Part shown: piece after piece, positions 34,201 to 49,200 of the stretch
Layout of the letters: each line of letters opens with the position of its first letter
How positions within the stretch are numbered: position 1 is the first letter of the stretch
NCBI GenBank assembly: GCA_964036045.1
Contig: OZ038378.1
Location: forward strand, 7,998,001-8,062,000
DNA from: Eutreptiella sp. 'Long Island Sound 2002'
Taxonomy: Eukaryota; Protista; Euglenida
Length of the DNA: 64,000 bases
Reading direction: 5' to 3'
Notes under the pieces: model-generated
What the model saw: the letters and a program-made list of their open reading frames with translations, nothing else
What the model was told of the DNA's origin: nothing
The model's database searches: none
Translations under genes and position numbers: made by a program

Positions 34201-37200
34201 GGTCATCTTTGGCTCAGGGAGTGGCGGCGGTGCAACGCACCGTGGGTCATCCGAATTACCGTCAAGCAACCGAATCGTATCGATTCGTCCAAAAGCAACG
34301 CACTTGATGTTGATACGGGGGCGTGCTCATCCAGGGCGTCAGGGGAAGCCAGTACACAAATACCGGGTACGTGCGCGGCACTTTCACGGTCTCAGAGCAC
34401 AGCCTCACAGCATCCCACATGTCAGCATTCTGGGGGGGGGGGGGGATTGCAACGATGGAATCTGGCATTGCCACCCCCCGACAACGTTGCATATGGCACG
34501 ACTGGCTGCGCCTGCTTGCACCCCTGCGCACACCTGCTCTAAGGCCATCAGCTGCCCCTCGACGTCCTGCATGAAATTCTTGAGCCCGAACAGCCGCGCC
34601 TTCCGAGCGGCCAGCTGCAGCTTGTGAAGCGCCGAGCGGTTGCGGGGCTGTGAGGGGGAGTCTGCGCTAGAGGAAGAGCACGTAGATATGTTGGTACGCA
34701 TGGGGACGCTGTACCGTGACTGCGCACGGTAGGTGTGTCGGGGGCTGGTGGGCGGGGTGCGTGGGGGGGTGCCTTCCACGAAGATGACGTCGGGGCCGGT
34801 GCTCATTTGGTACTGCAGCTTGGCGTCCGTGAAGAACTCACTGGGGGAGTGGTCCAGCACGTCCAGCACGTGGTGCAGCTTGGCCGAGCCCGCGACTTCG
34901 GTTTCGGTGCGGCGGAGCGCAGGGTCCGACCGGCGGGGGGCCATGGCGGCGGTGCGGGTCATGCCGCCCCCGGGCTCCTCCTCCTGCTGCTGCTCCTGCT
35001 CCACGGCATCGAGCTGCGAGGGCGACTTGGCATCCACGTGGCCGGCGGTGGCGGGGGATGCGTGGGCCGGGGGTCCCCCCAGGGCACCCAAGGGGTCTGA
35101 CAATGGGGTATGAGGGGTCTGGGGGCTGCTGGGGGTCGACGCTGTGCCTTCCGAAGCAACGTCCTGCGGAAGAGGCGGTGGTGCATGGGCCAGGCACATG
35201 GAATCTGGGCGTATAGACCACAGATCATGACTGGCCAGAGAATGGACTGCCCCAGGCACCTGCCGGAGGGGGGGGGGGGGGACACACCTGCGTCCCTCTG
35301 GGGGTGTGCGGGGGTGGTATGACTGGGAACCAATTCCACAGGCCTCGGACTGCTGCCACCCCAGTTCGCAAATCGGCCTTACGGGAAACCGATGCTGAAG
35401 TGCGGGGCGTTCAGCGTCGGCATTGGGGGCCACGCTGTGGAAGCGACTTGGGCAGCAAGTCCCCTTCCCCTTCGCCCGCTTGCGCAGAAAGCTGAAGCTG
35501 AAACTGGCTACTGTGTACAGCTGTACGGCCGGGGTCGATGCTTGTGAACAGCTGTAACCACAGGTCTGCACAAGAGTGCCTCACGTCGCAGTTGCACCAT
35601 TGCACACATGAGGCCCATCAATCATGTCACGATGCCCTCCCAAGCAGCCTGTAGCTGCAGCCAAACAGACCTTCCGCTCTGTCTCATTGTTTCACCGAAT
35701 CCGCGAGCCTCATGGGGCGAGGGTTTGGTGCTAAAGGGGGGGGGGGGTTGGCACGGAGGGGTTTGGCGGACGGGGATGGCAGTTTGTAGTCTGTAGACAC
35801 TGTCTGCCCCAAGTAGACGCCGTCTGCTAATTGCAGACACTGTCAGCATGTTGTAGACATGAAGTCACAATATTTGGGAAGCGGGCCAAAGGTCAGTCCG
35901 CTAAGGTAATTGACCTGTGCACATGGGCATGTCTCTTGAGCAAGCAAAGGCGCATAAGGGCCGGGGAGGGGGGGGTGCCCTGACCAGGCGCAATGGGGGG
36001 GGGGTAGCACTAACAAGGCAAGTCCCCAGCCTGATCAGCGCCTCATGTACCGAGGCGCGCAAATCCAGCGAAACACTCCTCCGTCTCCACTCCCTTCCAG
36101 CCTGGGGCAGTGCAAGGGTGCCCGGGATGGGGCTTGCGGAACTGGTGGTGATGCCCCGGCAAGACGGCCAGGCATTTTCGAGGCCCGGGAATGCGCCCAG
36201 GGCCCGCCAAAGTGCATTTCCTGCCAAACCACCTTTCCAGACCCAGGATGCCAGGCCCGCGTGCGCATTGACCCCCAGTTTCGGTATCTGGAAATACGGA
36301 TCGCCACAGAAACACAGCCCTTTCCACCCAGGGAAGTTCTCCAAAAAGGTTCCGTCTGAGTTCCTTGGGGGGGGGTGGGGGATTGGCACAAGGCTGGGTC
36401 CCTTTGGGGGGGGGGGGGGCTAGGGTCCTAGTGGGGGTTGGGTTGGGTTGGGCAGGGCCTCACACAGGCGGGGATTGCAGGCCAGCACATCCTTCCCTGT
36501 GCAGCACTGGTCCCAAATCCTGGCTGTCCAATGCCAAGGCCGGGCGGACTGGGACAGCCCCCATGGACCACACTGCAGCGTTGGTGGGAGACGCCGTCAT
36601 AGTGCCTGTGCGTGTGTGAGTGTGGGTGCCCTCGAGAGGTTGTGTGTGCCTGGTGCTCCGGGCCCCGGTGGGGAGGCTGGGGAGCCTGACGCTGAGCCCA
36701 CCAGGGGAGTAGTACGCCAGGACATCGCAGCCTCCAGGTCACAGGGACATGCTGCCTGGCCGCCCCACGACTGTATTCGCACGGGGCAGCTGCGCGCCGG
36801 GCACGACTGGGGGGGGAGGGGGGGGACGCTCCTTGACTACCAAACGGCACAGGTTGCGTTGCCTTGCAGGCTGGGTCCCACACTCCCGCGGCCGGGGTGC
36901 ACACGGGGCAGTTGGAGGGGTCCCAGGGCGCACTGAGCACTTCCCCGCCCTGGGAACCGACCCGGGATGGCTGTCGGGGTGCGGCACTATAGCCCCAATA
37001 GCCCTGGGGGTCTTAAAGGCACACTCCCGGACTGGCCTCTCCTTGGTTCCTCAGGGGTCTGGCTGGCTGCACAGGTGCCTGGCTCCACAGCCATCCGTAT
37101 TCCCGCACGACATCCACTTGGCGAGGAGCCAACTCCATCGGATTCGACGAACAAAGATGAGCAAAGCACCTGCGGGGGGTCGACGTCAAAGAACGTTGGG

Positions 37201-40200
37201 GCCTGCGGCGCGAATTGGATCCCCTTTTTTTTGGTCGGGGGAGTGGAAGAGGGAAAGAAATTCCACAGAGGCTGCTGGCTGGCGGGGCTCTGCTGCAGCA
37301 CGCCTTTGAGGTGTCCCTTGAGGGTCCACAGAAAGATGGATCCGTCGGACTGTGCCGTGGTCAGCGTGTCCATCTCCGGCACCACATCGCAATGGATGAC
37401 TGCGTAAATGCCCGCCCTCCAGCAAAGCCCCAGGACCGGTTTGACGGGCTTGCCAACAACCTGACGAAGCACATACATGTGCTGGGGAGGTGGGAATGGA
37501 GGGGGACTAGAGGGAGGGTACAAGACGTGGGTGTTGAGGGAAACATGGGCGCATACATGGCAACACAGGGTCCTTGAATCCATCAAATGTGTTTGCCACT
37601 TGTCTAAACAAAAATGCCCAAAACTACATAAACTGCACATGTGCTCATCCCACACATCCAAGGCAAGCTCCACAGAGTCAGTGACCAAAAAAAGCTTTTT
37701 GACGCAAAATCAAAAAACTCTATTGCCCTCGACAAGTCCACTTTTGCAGAGAATTCGTCATTGCAAGGTACCACACAGCAGGGAAGCGGGTATGTAGGTG
37801 AAACAGGGATGGATACACGCTTTGGGGGGGTGGGCATAGAGGGCCTGCATGCTTCACATGAGGCACAGGGGCACATACATGCTGAATAGGTGGCTACAGA
37901 ACGGCGACAGCGGTGCCTACATGCTGCGGAGGTGGTGATCAAGGGGCGTGCTGGAGGGCTGGGTTTGGGACGCAAGCAGGGGCATAAACATGCTGGGACA
38001 GGGGCGCATTAATTCTGGGGAAATGGGCACGGAGGGGACAGGCCCCTACACGTTGCAGTGGTGGGTGTAGAGGGGGTCAGCGACACATACATACTGGAGA
38101 GGTGAGTGCAGGTAGGGCATGCTGGAAGGGTAGGTCTTGAGGGGGACTCACATGTCTTGGGGACGTGGGTGTAGAGGGGAAACAGGCAAACATGCAGGCT
38201 GAAAAGGTGGGTATGGAGGGGGGCATGGAGGGGGGGACGTGCATGCCAAGGATGGTGGGGCTGAGGATGGTGAGGGCGAAATGGGGGATGTTCTTGTCCG
38301 CCCCTCCCCCCCTCCGCCCCCTTTGCCGTCAAAGGGCAAAGTGCATGGAAATGCTGCATTCAGCGTCCAGCTGGTAGTCTCAAAGCCCTCTCTGATTCAT
38401 CGCAGATGATTCAGTAAACTCCCATTGTGACATGCGTGCATGTGCACATCACCACACATCAACCACCCCTCTGTGGCGGTGCCATTCCTGCTCTAGCAAT
38501 GTCCACATAGTCAGTTGACACTGCTCTGGCTGCTCTGAGCCACTCCGCACAGGTTATCAACTCTCATTAGTGGAATGGAAAAATTGAGGGCGAAATCCTC
38601 AACTTCACCCTGATAGCGCTCAGTGTGGACTCTCTCATACAGTATGACGTGCTTTGGCACTTTCATCTGAGGTTGTTCGCATTGTTGGTGTTGGTATTGA
38701 TCCCCGGGCCAATGCTGTTTGTTTTTCGGGTTTTGTCAGATCGTTAGATTTTAGATTTTCCGATTGTTGTGTGTGGTGGTTTTGTTGATTCTTGGTCCAT
38801 GTTGTTATTATTGCTGCTATTGTTAATGGTGTTGGTGTTGGTGTTGGGATTGCTATCGCCGGCGTTGTTGCTGCTGTTCTGTTGGTGGTTGTCCTTGGTC
38901 ATGGTGTTGTTGCTAATGGTATTGATGCAGATGGTGCACATTGCATGTACACACTGGACACACACTGGACACATGCTGTACACGCATTGCACACTCATTG
39001 TCCACACATTGCACATACACAGTACGCACCCTGTGCATGCAGTGTACACACTCTGCACACACTGCAAATGCTGTACATACACGTTTTCTACACTGTATGC
39101 ATACAGTGCATACACTGTGCAAACCATGCACACACTATATGCAGCCTGTCCACACAAAGTTGCAGACAAAGACAACCGGATATGGAGTAGGGGAGATCCC
39201 AACCAAAAGCAGCTCAAGCCCATGATTTGCTTTGATCCTTATTGATTGAGTTGATCCTTGTGGTGAACCAGAGGCTTGCTGAGTGCAGCTTTGGTGTGGG
39301 CCTTCGGCTTGGGTTCTGGGGCAGCATGTGCTATGCAACGTCAAGTTCTCGAGGGACAAGTGCGACAAGAACACAAAGTTGTGCTTTACCCCAAATCCTT
39401 ACCCCAAATCCTGGAGCAATGCAGGTGCACCCGGGGGGTGGGGACTGCTGTGTGCTGTGGCACAAACGTACAAGGCACAGCCTCCCACGAGCACCAACTT
39501 CACCACACGTACAGGGGCTCAGCAGTGGATGTGAATAGATGTCGATTATGCAGCATTTTGTCTGCGCACTGTGTTTGTTTTGGGTTCTTGCATTGTGTAC
39601 TTGCTCAGGGAGCTTGGGATGAAACGGTCTATGCGAAATAAGGATTCGATCCATCCTCTTCAGCGGCCCAGAGAACGGTGGGGCCGGGGGGGGGGGGGGA
39701 CCTCCGAGTGCAGTCCCCTGCACCGCTCGGTGTCTTCAAACCAGTCCGTCAGCACCGGTTCCATCTGCCACGCCGAGACGTAGCCACTGTCGTCCACACA
39801 GTAGAGCCGGGATGTCTCAGGGACATAGCACATGGAGGTGACCACTGGGACCGAGTCTGCAGCCTTCTCAGAGCGGAAGCAGCGCCACTGGGTGATCACG
39901 AGGAAGGGATAAGGCCGGCTGCTCCAAAGGGTGATGAGGCCAGTGTTGTCTGCCACTGCAAACGAAGTTGTGCCCTGCTCGGGCAGGTATGCGAGAGCAC
40001 CGACCTGATTCTTTGTGGGCTGAGTGTAAGCCTCCACCTGAAGAGGGTAGCAGGCGTTGCAGAGGTGGCAAAGCAGAGATAACATGCAGATTCAGTTTCT
40101 GTTGGGGTTCGTTGGGTGAAGGTGTCAGCTGCAAAATGTGCGGCAGCACCGCGCCCTCAATCTCTTTCCCAGTGGACACTGGGTTCTACTGGTTGGTTCA

Positions 40201-43200
40201 GTTCTACACCTCAACCCCTACAGCGTGGGCAGGGGGGGTGGGGATAGGAAGAATAGTAGGGCATTTTGGCAGACACGCATGTGAACCAACAAGGGCACCG
40301 CACGAGTCGTGCAAGACACATGGCAACTAAACATGATCCATTGTTTCCATTCCACTGTTTGCAAACCATTGTTCTAAGCGCACTGCACCATTCCATCCAC
40401 CATATACAGGAACAATCACCTTGCATTTGTTACATTGCGCCCTTGTTGCCCCAACTACCCGGACTGCATCCAACACATCCTCAGAGGGCACAAACTCCGA
40501 GGTGGTAGACACACTGCTTGCGCTAGTGGATGCACTACTTGCACTGCCACCTAACGACGAGCCAAATGTCCCCAAGGAGCTCACCGAGGAAGTAGAACGA
40601 AAGCTCGAACTTGAACTGGAACTGCTATCAGCCGTATCAGATGACGACAGGTGAACAGGGGAGGAATAGACAACAGGGCTTCCTTCTACGCTACAAGTTG
40701 CCCTGGACATCCCAACCCCAAACACTTGAGTGGAACGGCTACAATTGGCCACAAACCCTCCCTTTGGTAGGCGGCGTGGGGGTGGGGGGGCATGGCGTTA
40801 CTTGAGCAGGGGGTCCAGGGGAGGGGGAGGGGACCCCCCCCCTGGCAGAACGTACCCAATACCCAGCAAATAGGAAAATTGTTGGACAATGACCCATTCA
40901 GGACATCAAAGTGTCATGTTGTCAACAGGAAAAAAAAGCAACAACATCATGGTAGGCGAAATCAGGTTTCCCTCACCTAACCAACGCACAATGGACACAA
41001 CCAAGCAGGACATTGCGCATTACCAGCCATCACCAGCCCTTTGTTTTGTTTGTACAGACGATTGACTGCACTGCATGAAGTTCATGCGGCAGACAATGTA
41101 CTTCGTGGTCTCGCACTGCCATTTCCCACACCACAGTGACAAACTCGCACAGCGTGGCCATTGGCACGCCCAAAAACAGTGTGGAACAGGCTTCTGGCGC
41201 GTCGTTGTTGCTGCTTGTCTCTTCCGTCCGGTGAGCCTGCCTGTCGACTACGTCTTTGCATTCATGTGGGGCGGCGGTTGGACCGGGGAGCGGAAATACG
41301 AAGACAATAAGCGCTGGGTCATAGTAATCTGCCAAACAATTGGGCATAGAGTACACATGGAACAATAACCAAACGCTCGTTGATATGTGCCAAAGGCGCA
41401 GAGAAAAATTTTTTCCAGCCACTGAAACAAGTTCCCAAAACCCAGGCTTTCAGCCGGTTTAGAGCAGAGGGGCAGTTGGGAGGGGGTCCAGGGGGGAGGG
41501 GCCCCGCCCCCCTGCTGGAATGACCTTTAAAGCAAGGCCCTGAGGAGCAAAGGGGGGGGGAGGGTTCAGCCCGGCCTGTGCACGCCCTTCGAATCCCTGG
41601 GGCTGCACAGATCAGCGCCAACCCCCTCTGCCTTCCCTCACGGCCCCTACCCCCGAGGCACAGCACCTGCACACTGGAGATGTAGTTCATCTCGGCGGGG
41701 GTGGCACCCTCGAGGGTCGGCATCACAGTCTCTTGCTTCGGGGTCTGATCGGGTAAAGGCCTCCCAAGACCCGGAGGCGTGTTGGCCATGCACTTGCCGT
41801 GCACCTGAGGCGGTAATGAGGGGGCATCGTGTGCAGAGAGGAGAGAGGCACCGCTGCCAGCGGATGGCATGGTATGGCAGTCTGCAGCCAAAGCTGTCGC
41901 CCAATACACGATCGGTCTACGTATTCGATAGCGTGCCACGCCGGCACTCTCCGCAGCAGAATGCAGGAGAACGCAGGATGACCCGGCAGGGCAGGGGGGG
42001 GGATTCAACTGCAATGGGGGGGGGGCAGGGCTTCTTTTGAGCAGGGGGGGGAGGGGGGGAGGGGGTTTTGGACCCAAAACTTGGTGTACCAAAAATGGCC
42101 TGACCAGATTTTCCCTATTGTAAATTTCGTTTTTCCCCACTATGGTCACTTTGGTCTGGGGAGGGGGGGAGGGGGTTTTGGGGGAGGGGTCCCCCCCCCC
42201 TTGGTTTTTAATCATTCTAAAGAAGCCCTGGGGGGGGGGGGTCCATCAAGGCTGGTTAGTACCGTGTAGCACAACCGCTGTCCTGTGCCATGTCTTGTTG
42301 CGTGACCCGCTTGTGTGACCCCTGTCATCCCCCCCCCCCAAGCCCCGTGATAATCAAAGGGTAGTGATGATGGGTGGCACTTGGTGCTCCAGAACCCCCT
42401 GGCCCTGGATCGCACGTCTCACATTCGAAGAGGCCGCCCCCTCCGAACTTCACGGGGCTGGAAGTGGCTGCGTGTGAAGCCTCTGCCGTGGACGCCGCCG
42501 GGGCGTGGGGCAGGCACAGTGCGGAATGCTAGTCCCATTGCTCATCACTGCCCCCGTGGCGTGCTCTCCCCTGCGGCGCCCGCAGAGGCTTCACATGCCG
42601 TCGGTGTCACGGCCAGTGAGTTTAGAGAACAGTCTCCGCCGCATCTGATGGGGGGCCTGTGACGACGTCCCGTGTGGGAGTGGGGGTGGAGGATCAGACA
42701 CGACGCAGCACAACGCAGACCACTTCTGATGTCTGCCAAGAGACACAATGTGGACGGCACTTTGGGAGACCTGTGCTGTGTCCCAGAGGCCCTTCTTTTG
42801 TGGGATCAGTTCACTCAGGCACAACAATCTCCGGAGGCGGGTGGGCGGTGTTGCGTGAATGGCCCTGCCTTGCAGACCTTTGCCCTCCAACGAGGCTTCC
42901 GTAACAGGCCCCATCTGTGGGACGCAAACAAGCCCAAAGGAAGGGGACGGGGGGGGGGGGGCAACTCGGCCACGTCGGATTGGTTGTATCTCAGTACTGT
43001 TGTGATGTGGTGGTCGGCGCACCGATTCCATTCGCACATTTTGTCACTTTTCTGGCGAGGTTCTTCCAAAACGAAATCCGAATCCTTCTCAGGAGTCCGC
43101 AATCACGGCAAGTGGCGTCTGCCGGAGGCAGGCAGCAGGAGGTTAGCACTGGGGCCGACAGTCTGGGGCATGGAGCATGGGGTATGCCGGTGGCTTTGGA

Positions 43201-46200
43201 CACGGACACCATCCAAAGATGCTTCCAGGGATGGCAAGATGGATGGGGGGAAAGCTGTGCAACCACCGACCTGAGGGGCAAGTGAACTATGTGGATTCGG
43301 GGGACTTCCATTTGGAGGCCACCGGCAACCACCTGATGCAGGGGGGGGGGGGCTTATGATGCTGGAAGGGTCCCTCTGAAGGTGTTACAAGGTTTGGGAG
43401 TAAATTGAGCCATAAAGCGAGGTGAAGTTTTGCCTCAACTGTAGGCAGTGCTCCCCCCCCCCCCTCCTCATCCGTAGCGCTGTGGCCCGTTCGGTGGTTG
43501 ACAGCACAGCACCTGATGCGGGGACGAGTCCTTGTCGATGAAGTACTCGTAAATCCGCACGCACCCCTCCGCATCCGCGCACAGGAGAATGCACACGGAT
43601 GGCAGGTGGTGCGCCACATTTATGGGCCCGGGGGTCGCGATGGAAGTGAGGTGGGCACCGTCCAGGGCGCTGACGTGGACAAAGCCGTCCCAGCCAGCGC
43701 TGACGATGACACTGTGGCTCGGCAGATAATGGAGAAACGTGACCTCTGACTTGTGGGGGCAGAAGACGACCTGAAAAAAGGGTTGATGAGTGGGTGTGTG
43801 GAGACGGCGGGTTGTGAAGGTGTCCAGGTGGCGTCCAGGATCTTGCAGGCTCTATGTCTTTCTCCCTCCCTCTCTCCCTGTGGCCCTCATCTGTCCCTGT
43901 CACCGCTGTAGGATGTGTTGGTGAGGGATGGAGCGAGAAACCCCAGAGGAAAGGGCAACAGCCGCATGCACACTGCCCCCTCCCCTCCACCCACACACAC
44001 AAACACTGCCCGAACGTGCCAATATCTGTTTGCAGGGGAGGGGGGGGGGGGGGATTGCGGTCAAGGAAGGTCAAATCCAATTGCGGAAAATTGCGCGTAA
44101 ATTGCGGGAAACAAGTGGCGCTGCTGTAACCAACCCTCCCAAAGCCCCAAGGAGCAAGGCTTCCGAACAGGTGGCCCTAGAACCCGTTCAAAACGGTCGA
44201 ACGATGGGAAACAGTTGATACACTGCACGTCCCGCTTGACTTCCTTGTGTCAAAGAGCCTTCTGGCGGCCCCCCAACTTCACGATTGCGCGAGAACCGCC
44301 CAGAAAAGATTATTGTTCTGCAACAGTTGTGTGCAAAGGCGTCGCACGCACGAGGTGTGCGGATCATACGCGATGGCATGGGAATGGCATGCGAGAGCAC
44401 CGGGGGGAGTAAGAGGACCGGGTTTGCAGGTGACGGACTGTGAGGCCGAGAACGGCAGTGAGACATAGTGCGGCACGAGGCTTGGGGGCATTCGGGCACG
44501 TGGGGGATCCAATGGTCCCTGGTAGCTCCCGGAGATGGTGAAGAAAGGAAGTTGCGGCGAGGCTATGGCATGGGGTTGTGAGATAGGGGAAGGGGGGGGG
44601 GGGTCGTTTACGGGACGGCAGGGGGTAGACGGTCGAGCCTACTATTTGGACCCGCCCCTTCTCAAGGGCCTCCCTCGACCCAGGCCCCTGAGCGGGGGGC
44701 GTCATGGGCACCCGAAAATACCAACACAACTCAAAGTAATACCCACGACGCGCTGATCATTTTGGGGTGTATCGCGAAGGACAAAGGCTCAGTGACGGAG
44801 CCTCTTTCCCAAACCGCCACCACCCCCGCCAATTATCAGGGGCTCGACCCCCGCCCCCTGTGCCCCCCCGCAAATGAACACTTCAAATCCCGGGGACAGT
44901 CGACCTCCACGGATCCGAGGGCGTAGTCTCGTGCGGTGACCTCCCCCGAGTGCGTGCCGATCACGAAGCGCCGGGCCCGGCGGTCCAGACACATGGCGGA
45001 GATTGCGGAGTCGGAGACCGCGGCGTAGTTGCGCATGACCTGCCCCGTGGCCGCGTCCCACTGCTTGACATCGGACGCGGTCGCGGTCATGAAGGTCTGG
45101 TTCTGGGGGTTGTAGAGGCAGACCTGGGGCACGAGCAGCGGGACTCAGACATGGGGACCGGTTTCCTGCCCGCAAAAGGGGGGGGGGGGGGCGGTGTGAT
45201 GAGGGGAGTCCTTGAGCAATTTAGGAATGAGGGTTTTATTCTCTGTTTTTCCCCTTTTTCCACCAAATGACGGCCCACGATATTGGGGGGGCAGGATGGT
45301 GACTGACCGACCGCCGTTGGCTCACACGGGTACAGTCGCATCACACGATTGCTTGTGGGCCTGCGGGGGGCAGCCAGCCACAAAGGCACTGAGCACAAGC
45401 CAAGCCGACGCGCGCGCACTCGCCGCAGGGCCCATTGTTGGGGAGAGGTGGGTACTGGAGCTTCGCGTGGAAGGCGACGATGTTGCTGGGCGTGACGTAG
45501 TGTAGCCCCCCGGGAGCGAACGGGGCACCACGTGTCGGACGCAGCCCTACCTCCCGCTGCTGCAGGGCCGGGAGTCCAGAGGGATGTTTGTCTGTGTGCG
45601 TCTCCCACACGCACCGTTGGTCTGGCCGGGGGGCGAGGGGGCAAAAGGGGCCCTGGCAGACACCATCTGACCAACCGACCCATGGAGATCCAAAGACCTT
45701 GACTGAGGGAAAACATGGACTGGCGGCTTTCCATGATTCCATCCCCCCGCCCGCCCCGCCCGCCGTACACCGCAGGTACTATTTCTCTCCTTTTTCTGAT
45801 CCCTCCCGGCACTGCTCTGGCCCTCGTGGGGACGTCCATCCCAACCCTGCCCTTCTGTGGGCTGTGTTAAGGAGTGTGACATCCATGCCGCAGCACGCAG
45901 TGGAGCTGGCGACTTGAGAAGCAGATGCTGTCCTCCCCCTGCCATCGGTCGTGTGCCGTTTGGCTGGCGCCAGTTCCCTGGCGCAGTCCAGCATCTTATT
46001 CCACACGTGCCTTCGAGCCCCCGTGATGGACCCCATGGGGGTGCTGGCCCAATGGCTTTCGGGCGGGGCAACACTGCACTTTGAGTGGCACAACATCACA
46101 TTCTGCGGCACCTTGCCTACAGACTTTGATGGCTAGGCACGGCTGTGAGCCGTCTTACATAGACTTCTCGAGAAGCCCCGCAGACCCCGTCAGTAGAGCT

Positions 46201-49200
46201 CTAATAGGGCCTCGGCACATGCAGCGGTTGTGGAGGCAAACAACTGCACGATCGTACAATTGTACAACAGCGCCCCTGATCCCTTGTGCCTGCCTCCCCC
46301 AGAGTGTGCCATACTGGCACCGGGCGGGGCAGCCCCGGAGCATGTTCGTTCGTCTCCACGGTGCAGGCGTACTGCATCCTCAGGGCTTCGGGGGAGTGGG
46401 GGGTAGACGTCGGGGCACTGGGGCATCGGGGCATCGGAGCTCAGGGGCATAGGGGCATGGCCCTGTGCCCATGCATTCGTGCCCCTATGTCCCTTTGGCA
46501 GGGCGTCTGTACAATAATTAAAAACCAACGGGGGGGGGGGGGGGACACTCCTCCCCCAAAACCCCCTACCCCCCCCCCTCCCCAGACCAAAGTGACCATC
46601 GTGGGAACAAACGAAATTTACAATCGGGAAAATCTGGTGGGACCGTTTTGGGTACACAAATTTTGAGGTCCCAAACCCCCTTGCCCCCCCCCCCCCCCCC
46701 CATCTCCGCTCAAAAGACGCCCTGCCCGATGCTCATGCCCCAGTGCCCGGTGCCCTAGTGCTGCAGTGAGGGCCACCTGCACCCCGTCCCGATGGGCCTT
46801 GAGACTCCCCACTGGGGCCGGGCTCTCCTCCGTGTGCACGTACAGTCGGCAGCGGCGCAGGTCCTTCAGGTACACGCGGTGGATGATGTGCCCCCGCTTT
46901 GTGTCCACGGTGTAGTCCAGCACCCGCATGTTCTGCTCCGCCTCGGACATCTGGGCCGTGTTGGGCAAGAGGTACGTGGTCTGCAGACATTGATTCATGC
47001 GGACGTCCCACACCTTGATCATCCCGCTGGTGTCGGAGGAGATCACCTGCGGGGGAGAGCGGCAGGGGGATCAGGGTACTCAGGTGGTGGACAGGGCCGA
47101 AAGGGAACAGCAGGTGGGGCTGAGGCGCTTGTAGCGCACAGGGGTACCGGGGGGGAGGGGGGATTAATCCACATCGGAACCCGAACCCTCACCCTCATTG
47201 CCCACAGGATCCAGACGGCAGCACCGAAGCAGCAGCCAGCGCCCGCGTCCACCACATCCTCCTCATCCGCCTTCTAATCCTCTCCGTCCACCTCCTCTGC
47301 CTCTTCGACCTCCTCCACGTCCCCTACCGCCGCAACCACATCGACCGAAAAGAAATCCGGAAGATACCCAGTGCAAGCACAAGCACTGGATCGACGCGTC
47401 AGGCTGGCGGACAGACAATGTGGACATGGCATGCGACAGACTGAACTTGCTTCACGAAGCCGGGGCAACGGTGCCGGAGGGTACCAGGAGTGCAGCGGAG
47501 TGCAACGGGAAGATAACGGAATGCAACGCAACCTGCGGCGTCCCGGGTATGACCTCCACCCCCATCAAGCGCTCGGCGTGGGGGCTCTTGTTGTCGCGAA
47601 GCGTTGCGATGTACTGGTTGCCCAGCCCCTGCACGGGCATCCAAATGATGGGGTCGTACTCGAAGCCCGCAGAGATCAGGAGGCTGTACTCCTGACTGTA
47701 GGCCATGGAGAATACCCCTTTGTTATGCCGCTTCCACTTGGGGTTGCCTGCCCCGAAATCAACGACCACTTTCTTGTGGGTCACGTCCACCATCCGGATG
47801 CCGGCGTCCAGCCCCGCGGTCAGCAAGCGCCGCGGGTTTGGGTCCGGCAGCATCAGCAGCTTCGTCACCGCGTCGTCATGCAAATGCATCTGCCAGACGG
47901 GCTCCACCACACGCCAGTCGGTGTCACACATGCCGTACCCTTTGACGGTCCCGCACTTCTCGGCACCAAACAGCACCTGCCCCGTGTGATCCCACAGCAA
48001 CTGAATGACCGGAACCTCCGAATGCCATTCTTGCACAAGCTTCATCCGCTGGGCAGGGCCGTGGTGTGCGGGCTTCTGCTCAGGGGAGAGCTGGTGCGGC
48101 ACCTCGTACAGGCACAGGGTTTTGCTGGTGCTGGCCACTAGCAGCCCCCGCGACGCCACGGCTTCCATTGTGATGTAGGGGTCAGTGTGCTCCGCAAAAC
48201 CGTAGGCCTGTGAATGCGGCATCGTAAAACGTGTGCCCCGCGTTGCTCCCATTCCGTGCATTGCACCGTTTGCATGACTCCACATGTCTGAGGCCAAGGT
48301 CATGCAAATCAGGTTTTTCTCTCCACATGCCACTGCACTGGGGACACTTGCTATTGCTATCGATACACTTTACACTGGGGTGCAGGCACGCACGGTGCCT
48401 GTTTGCAGGGATTGCTGAGGTGGAGGTGGAGGTGGAGGTTGGGGATCGCGCAGGCGCCCCGTAACATTCGCGCGCCTCAGGCTGTCCCTTGCAGTCCTGC
48501 GTTGTTTCACAGTGTGCAGCCCTTTCCGGGGGTCGTGGGCCCTTGCGCCCGCTGCTATGACGGCTGTACAGGGTCCTGGAAGCGCAAGGGGAACATATGA
48601 TGCGTATGTTGTATCATTTGATCATAGAGTTGTGGGTCGGAACAAGGATGATTCCTCCATCTCAGGGGTACAAACACGGCTTGAGACGGTCACTTACGAC
48701 CCCTTCTGACGCCCATCCGAGATGAGTACTTCATAATTGCAGGGGCATGTGTGAGGTGTGGGCATGGGGGCGTGGGCATGGAGGCATGCTGCAGGGTGAG
48801 AGAAACCCGCACTTCTGTGAATACTGCGCGTGCCTTGTGGAAATGCCGACTTGCGCACACAGGAAATGGCATAGTGACTCAAATATGAGCAGGTAAATGA
48901 AAAGGGGGTGGATGAGTTGGGTGAGCGGGTGTAGCGATGGCTTGTGGGTGGCGGGGGTGGGTGCCCGGTGCACCTGCAGCTTCGGATCACCCGCCGCCAT
49001 CAACTTGACAGCACCGCAGTGGTACGTGCGGCCCCCTCCGTCGTAGACTTCGCAGCATCCAACGGAATCGATGCCGGACAAGTACCGCAGCTGCGCGATT
49101 TGGGTGCCCTTCGGGCGGACGGGGCGTTCCATTTGGATTTCGGAACGCAGTGTGTATTCATTGATGGCGCCTTCCAGCCACACGTTTGTCTGGGGGATGT

